From assembly GCF_009914755.1 (NCBI RefSeq), contig NC_060936.1: a stretch of 64,000 bases of DNA. One strand, written 5' to 3'. This document shows, one piece after another, positions 33,667 through 64,000 of this stretch (positions are counted from its first letter, which is position 1; each line of letters starts with the position of its first letter). This DNA comes from the human T2T-CHM13v2.0 reference genome, Homo sapiens. The notes under the pieces are model-generated. The model saw nothing but the letters and a program-made list of their open reading frames with translations. It had not been told where the DNA came from and made no database searches. A program made the position numbers and the translations under genes.

Positions 33667-34846
33667 TCTCGGCAGTAACCTTCAGGGAGCCCTGAAGACC
33701 ATGGAGGACTACTGACCAACAACCTCTGACCTTCACCCCTCTGGATGGGGGACGAATCACTAGGCAAAGGGGAACAATGGGAAGGAGACAAAATGGCTGC
33801 CTTTACAGCTGCAGCAAGATGTGGAAACACTGGTTCCCTAGGCACCTCCATTGTCTTCCCGCCTTGGGAGCATGAAATAAATAAAGTGTGAAGGGGAACA
33901 TGAGGAAGACTGATCCAAGTCACTTGACCTGTCTTTTGTCTAGTTGTTTATCTCATCTTAGCCTCCCAGCAACTCAGGATTGGGGCTGCGACGTCTGCTT
34001 TGTCTTTCATGATACTCAACCCCAAGCAGAGAAAAATATCTTAAAAATCGAAGCAGATTAACCCAGTCCCTCTGTTCAGATCCACCTGCTGCCCTATCTG
34101 CATTTGGCAGTTCCTGTACATACTTTGCACCTATGTTTTGTCTGAGTTCCACATCTTCCTTGTCTCCCCGCAGGGATGGGAAATGGGCAGTAGTGGGAGA
34201 TTCAGGTATAAACGGTGGCTCTGTTTCTCTGGTGCCTGAGATTCGGGAAGGCCTGTCTTGGGAAGATAAGTGTCAGCTTATCTGTGGACTGAACAGACAG
34301 GCACCTGTTCTGTTGGCCCCGGAACTGCGGGCATGAAAAGCCCACCTCCCCAGGGGAGGCCTGTTAGCTAGCAGCTCCTCACGCCTGGTGACTGAGAAAT
34401 GGAGTCTGGGGGGCCTACAGCAGGCCACACGATCCACTGGGCTTCTGGGCACAGAAGTGCCTCAACAGGCACAGGCAGGCTCCCCACAGCCACAAGGAAC
34501 CCTGCTGCCAAGGAAGCAGCTCCTGTTGGGGTCATCAGATTTTTAATCTGGCTCAGCAAAGCCATGGCTGTCCAGCCTTAAAAAAATGGGTGATGTGGGA
34601 GAAATGGAGGGTGTGTGAAGAGCACAGCTGGGCCTCGAGAACTCAGGGCCAGCCTTCCCAGCTTGGGTCCTGTTTCGGAGCCCAGGCCTTGCTTCCCCTT
34701 AGCCGCCCCAGCCAGATTCTTTTGCGCCCCCTGCTGGCACACACAAAGACAGACCCAGGAGCGCACATGTGAACGTGCGCATGCTTGCTGCCAGTTACCC
34801 AGTTCATGAACACGTGAAGCCTTGACTTCAGGTTAAGTAATAAAAA

Positions 34847-34852
34847 TTTATT
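34847..34852 (-). terminator. PHB2: PHB2 polyadenylation signal
   Basis: TTTATT on + (AATAAA on -), about 310 nt after the stop. Confidence 0.85.
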
Positions 34853-35159
34853 GAGAATTCCTGGGTTGGTGTTTATCTCCTCCCAGCCTTGAGGGAGGGA
34901 ACAACACTGTAGGAAATCACTGAGAAATCACGCACTGTCCCCAACAGCCCCAGTTAACACAGGGAGGAGGAAAGTAATTCCCCAGAAAAGGGGCTAGTCT
35001 TCAGTCTTCCTTAATCCAAGAGGGGTTCAGGGAACCGGTGTGGGGGACCATCGCATGATACTGGGGCGGGGTAGGGCTGTGCTGGACCCCTGGCTGGCTC
35101 CTCAAAAACTGGAGAAGCAGATCCACTTCCTCTGGGGGTGGAGTTCTTGGTGACTAGGC

Positions 35160-40018
<4,859 letters not shown>

Positions 40019-40398
40019 GTCTGATCTTGAGGCCGGCGGCACTGGAGGTCAGAAGGGGGTGCCGGCCCGCCTCTACCCCGCTCCGGCTTAGGTACTGCAC
40101 CCTTCACACGAGGGTTCGGGCCCGTAAGGCTGGCGAAAGAAAGGGCAGCGGAAGTGCGCTCCCTTTGAAACCCTCCCCCTTAGCCCACTACGGACCCGAA
40201 CTTCGCGCACAGGAATCGCGCATACGGAAGTCCCGCCCCTTTCTGGAAGGCTGCCCTCCCAGGGAGGGCAGCGCAAGACAGCAAGTCATCTCCATTTCCT
40301 GGCCCACTTTCAAAATGGCAGCCGGAAGGAAATTTGTGATTAGAAGCCGCGCTGTTCTTATTTAAGAGCGTTAGCGCAACTTCCGGTATTGTTGCAAG
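40019..40398. promoter_or_regulatory. Bidirectional CpG-island promoter PHB2/EMG1
   Basis: ATGs are head to head, 380 nt apart; several ETS motifs (CGGAAG/CTTCCG) and YY1-like CAAAATGGC and CAAGATGGCCGC. Confidence 0.9.
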
Positions 40399-45287
<4,889 letters not shown>

Positions 45288-45871
45288 CAGTAGTAGAACC
45301 TGTTCTGAAACCAGAAACTGTTGATGTCACATCCTTTGACCCTGGTCTGAGCTGACTGCTGGAAGATGATCTTTCTGCACTGAGACTGTGGAGTTTGGGG
45401 AAGCCAAGGCTGTACATTTGCTGTTTGTTTATCCTATGAATACTGTTCTTGCAAACCTGGTTGTTTTGGGGTTCCTAAAGTATCCAATGGTGTAAAACTG
45501 TTTGTTCCCCGGGACTTCAGGGACAGATAGGAGGTTACAGAGTTTGCAGTTTGGTTCCATGCTTTGAAGGCAGGCTTTAGCTCCCAGATTCCCATGTGCT
45601 AAAGGAGAGAACCCTGATGATGGAGAAGAACTGTGAAAGAGAGCAGTCAGGAATGCTAGTGGTGAAAAACTGAACAAACAGAAGTGATTTTATCTAATAC
45701 AGTTCCAAGGTAGAAAAAGTGGAGCAGGCAGGGCCTTGCACCCCTCTCCACCCCCCCATGGGGGGGGTGGTGGTAGCGGCACATACACAATCATAGTAAA
45801 TTGGCAGAAGAAAAACACAATAGATTCCTGGCTAGATGGGGAGAGATAAGGCAATGTGCATGGGGGAATCA

Positions 45872-46403
<532 letters not shown>

Positions 46404-46623
46404 TTACTCCTGTAATTCCTGGTCTATAGCCCTTCCAGATGTTTCCTAGCATGCCTCAATAAGTCACAGTAGTCATTGCCCATACTGTGTTCCTTAGTAG
46501 CCAGGCTAATCCTTGGAATTCACCCCAGATTTCTAATACTATTGTTTTTTTCCAGTCTGTTGCTCTATTCTGTAACCTGGTGGTAGTTTTAGTTTAGCTG
46601 TATTAACTTACCAGGGAAATGGA

Positions 46624-53020
<6,397 letters not shown>

Positions 53021-54064
53021 CTAGATGGGGGAAAAGATAAGAAGAGTGTTATTTGTGCCTGGTGCCATCCCAGTTTGGTTTGGAAGTTTATCTGGCATGA
53101 AACGCAGCCCAGAGGGAGAGAGAAAAAAAAAACAACATACATTATATGGATGGCAACAGAGAAGGCAATAACGGTATCCCCAAGAACCAAAAGTTTTTTG
53201 TAAATACAAATTTTGAACTAAAGATATTAATATTTGATTGAGGCAATATAAAGCTGGGTCCTAAGACTAGGTTTCATTTATAGCTTATGAACTATTGCCA
53301 GACATTTTCTCTTACTTGAATTTTAAAAAATGATACAAGGAAGCTAGGCATGGTGGCTCCCATGTATAATCCCAGCACTCTGGGAGGCTGAGGCAAGGGG
53401 ATTGCTTGAGCCGAGGAGTTCGACACCAGCCTGAGCAACATAGCGAAACCCCGTCTCTATTAAAAAACAAGATACAAAGATTTGAGCGTACCCATCTATG
53501 CTCCAGAAACACTCATTTACACTTTGTGATCTATCTTGCTAGCACTGTATTATCAGATTATGAGGAAAAATATAAATTAATATCAGGCTAAATACTGGAA
53601 TTGCTGACTGCATATATAGCAGTTACAAGTTATGTGGAGATACTCCTCACAGTCTGTAATCTGGGCATCAACCAAGTTATAAAATCCATTTAAGTATACT
53701 AAAAAAATGTCTTCTAAAGCCATGATTCAGAGTATAGTCCAAAGGCCATGAGTGAACCACAGAGGATCTTCTGATGGGTCATGAACTGATTATACATGGC
53801 CAAGGGTTGCTTATTGAATTAAAAACGGTCAATAAAATTTGGTATTCCTAAACTAAAATTAGCACATTCCATGGCTTTACTGCAGACTCACCTTCAGTGT
53901 TCTATCTAGAGGTCTGGCGGCCATGCCTGGCAACATCCCCACTGCACTAGTGCATATGTGGAGGATGGGGATCTCTCAACTGCTTTTTGGAAAGACATTC
54001 TGCCTATTCTTTCATTGATTATTCTCTTGAGTTGGTCATGGTTTATACTTTCTGCAATTCTTGC

Positions 54065-55594
<1,530 letters not shown>

Positions 55595-55625
55595 TAGGCT
55601 CTTAAATTTATAGCTTCATGCAAGT

Positions 55626-56684
<1,059 letters not shown>

Positions 56685-58325
56685 TTAATTCTACAGATAT
56701 CTTATGGATTACTGGCTCATGTATTCATTCACCAAGTGTTTAGTAAATGCCTGCTATATGCCAGGTATTCTGTTTATGAAGCACGTAATTGGGTAGGAGG
56801 TGGCATGTGATGGTTCGTTTTCTAGCTGGCTGAGATGATGGGATATAGGATCACTAGCTCTAGGGAGGTGGAGACATCTATGACCCTTTCAGGTAGATCA
56901 ATGAGCAAGGAAATAGGATCAAGTCTCATATATTTCACATGGGCAGAAATTTGGCAGAGACAGAACACCAGGTTAGCAGCAAATATTGCTAAGAACTAGA
57001 GCCAGGAACTAGAAAGTATATAGACTAAATGTCAATGCCTTCAATCTTTTGCTTTATTTTTACTTTTGTTTTAGTAACGGGGTATAAATAAAAAAATATA
57101 AAACAGTAGATAATTATCTAGAGCACTCATAAATAAGTTCTAGGTAGCTAAGTTTCTCTCTTTAAGCATGAAAACCCTTAACCATTTGGAATGCTCGAAA
57201 TTAAAAAACACCACACATATTACTCTGCCTCTTTAAGTTGAATCTAATTTAACATTTTCTAGGTGTCTGGATCGTATCTATTCCAGAGTAAAGTCATGAT
57301 GGCTTTATGACGTTCTGAGGTATGTGAAATTGTCTGCCTGACTCTAACAAGGCCTACACTGTCCTGAGTTCTGAGTTCTTGTGTCCACTTCTTATAGCCT
57401 GTCTGTCCCTTTCCTTGCTACTCTGGGATCAACAGTCACCTCTTGAACTTTTGGGGTGCTTGGCAATAGTTCCTCTCCCTACTCCTAATTTACGGCAGGC
57501 CTTAGAAACCATAACCTTATTTTAAAGGTGTAAAAAAAAAAAGATTTAAGACAAAAGCAAGGGGCTTGGGTGCTTTCCTTATGGACTTAGGCCTGGTAAC
57601 ATCTGTTCTGGCCACTTAGAGGCCTTGTGTGCTATTTCTTGTTTTCAGGTGCGTTTTGCAGGAGGGGACGTTGTTGAGTTCCAAACAGGTGAGGTATTGC
57701 ACACTAGCAAACACATGAGAAGAAGGCGGAGGAATTGGGAGAAAAATAAAAAGAATGCAGCAGGCCAGGTTAGCAGGAACGTTAAGACGGTGACGGAGAA
57801 CAGCAAAGCCTGGAAGCAAGCCGCCATGGAGAAGGAAGAACTGTGCTGAGGTGAGTTGCTGTGACAACCCAGGCTGATTTTGAGTATGTAAACACCAAAC
57901 CTTGTTCTTGGCTGCCGCTCAGCTCAGCGGGCTTTGGAGCCTGGCTGCCCAGCCACCACTTCAGGGATGTGCTGTTTTTAGGGAGGGTGTGACCCTACAA
58001 GATGTTTCTGAGCCTTAATGCTTTTTTGTGGGAGCCAATGCTTAATATGGTGGCTAGAGTTACCTGAAGAATCTATAAAAAATGACCGAAGCCCCTTCTG
58101 CTCACCCTCCCACTCATCAGAGTTGGCTTCCGTGGGTCTGAGTGGGAAGGACTTCCACTTTTAACAGCATGAGACACGGTTCTGACAGCCCCACTAACAT
58201 CCGAATGCAGGCCGCAGTGCTCAGTCCTGAGGATAAAATTCTCAGCTTGGAGATTGGGGTTGATGCCTTACCTTTATTAGCACCAGATGGGTTTGTAACA
58301 ACCCAGAGGTTTGTAAGAACTTGTT

Positions 58326-62095
<3,770 letters not shown>

Positions 62096-62243
62096 TGCTG
62101 ATATGGAATGATTTGTTTTAATCTTTCATCTTCTAATACCCAAATCCACTAGTCTTTCCTTTCTCCCTGGTTTCCTTGACTGCCCTGCTGTGTTTTCAAT
62201 CTTTTTGAAACTTCTCTTTCACTGGTTTCATTGGTTTTGAATA

Positions 62244-62530
62244 CAGTTATCTCTTGGTGTCCATGAAGGATTGGTTCTAGTACTCGCAGCAGACACCACA
62301 GATGCTCAAGTCCCTTATATAATATGGTGTAGTATTGCATGTAACCTATGCACATCTTCACATACACTTTAAATCATCTCTGGATTACTCATAATACCTA
62401 ATATAATGTAAATGCAATGCAAATAGCTGCTATATAGCATATTGTTTTTTATTTATATTTTTATTATTGTATTATTATTTAGCTTAGAATCCATGAATGT
62501 GGAACCCACAAATATGGAGGGCTGACTATA
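62244..62530 (+). mobile_element. MER2-like Tigger-family element
   Basis: GATGCTCAAGTCCCTTATATAA...GAGGGCTGACT. Confidence 0.7.
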
Positions 62531-62554
62531 CACAGTTTCCTGGATTTTTTTCTA

Positions 62555-64000
<1,446 letters not shown>

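Larger units (their letters stand above)
32721..33905 (+). ncRNA. MIR200CHG: Host transcript of miR-200c/141 (boundaries approximate)
   Basis: Promoter above, donor-like CAG|GTAAAG at 32824, overlapping AATAAA signals 33876-33885. Confidence 0.6.

Overview
Human chromosome 12p13.31 gene-dense cluster, recognised from protein and RNA sequences. + strand: ATN1 coding exons 2-10 (1183 aa with a short Q12 tract), RNU7-1 (U7 snRNA) with its DSE/PSE/3' box, C12orf57, PTPN6 (SHP-1, two promoters), MIR200C/MIR141 and EMG1. - strand: PHB2, with SCARNA12 inside a U12-type AT-AC intron, and LPCAT3 exons 2-13 (exon 1 lies beyond the right edge). Exon boundaries were read from splice sites, and every exon set sums to an intact reading frame. 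Introns are rich in Alu, MIR, L2, Tigger, MER and Charlie elements. No CRISPR array or prokaryotic system is present. Best leads: (1) a ~2.3 kb Alu-flanked segment between the PTPN6 promoters that I believe, from memory, is missing from GRCh37/38; (2) a histone-mRNA-like hairpin plus a 13-nt perfect U7 complement in PHB2 intron 3; (3) a scaRNA hosted in a minor-class intron; (4) a strong-Kozak uORF overlapping the ATN1 start codon; (5) an antisense ATG abutting the DRPLA CTG repeat; (6) a U7 stem-loop base differing from the sequence I recall; (7) predicted NMD sensitivity of SHP-1L. All comparisons with reference assemblies or literature are from recall and unverified.
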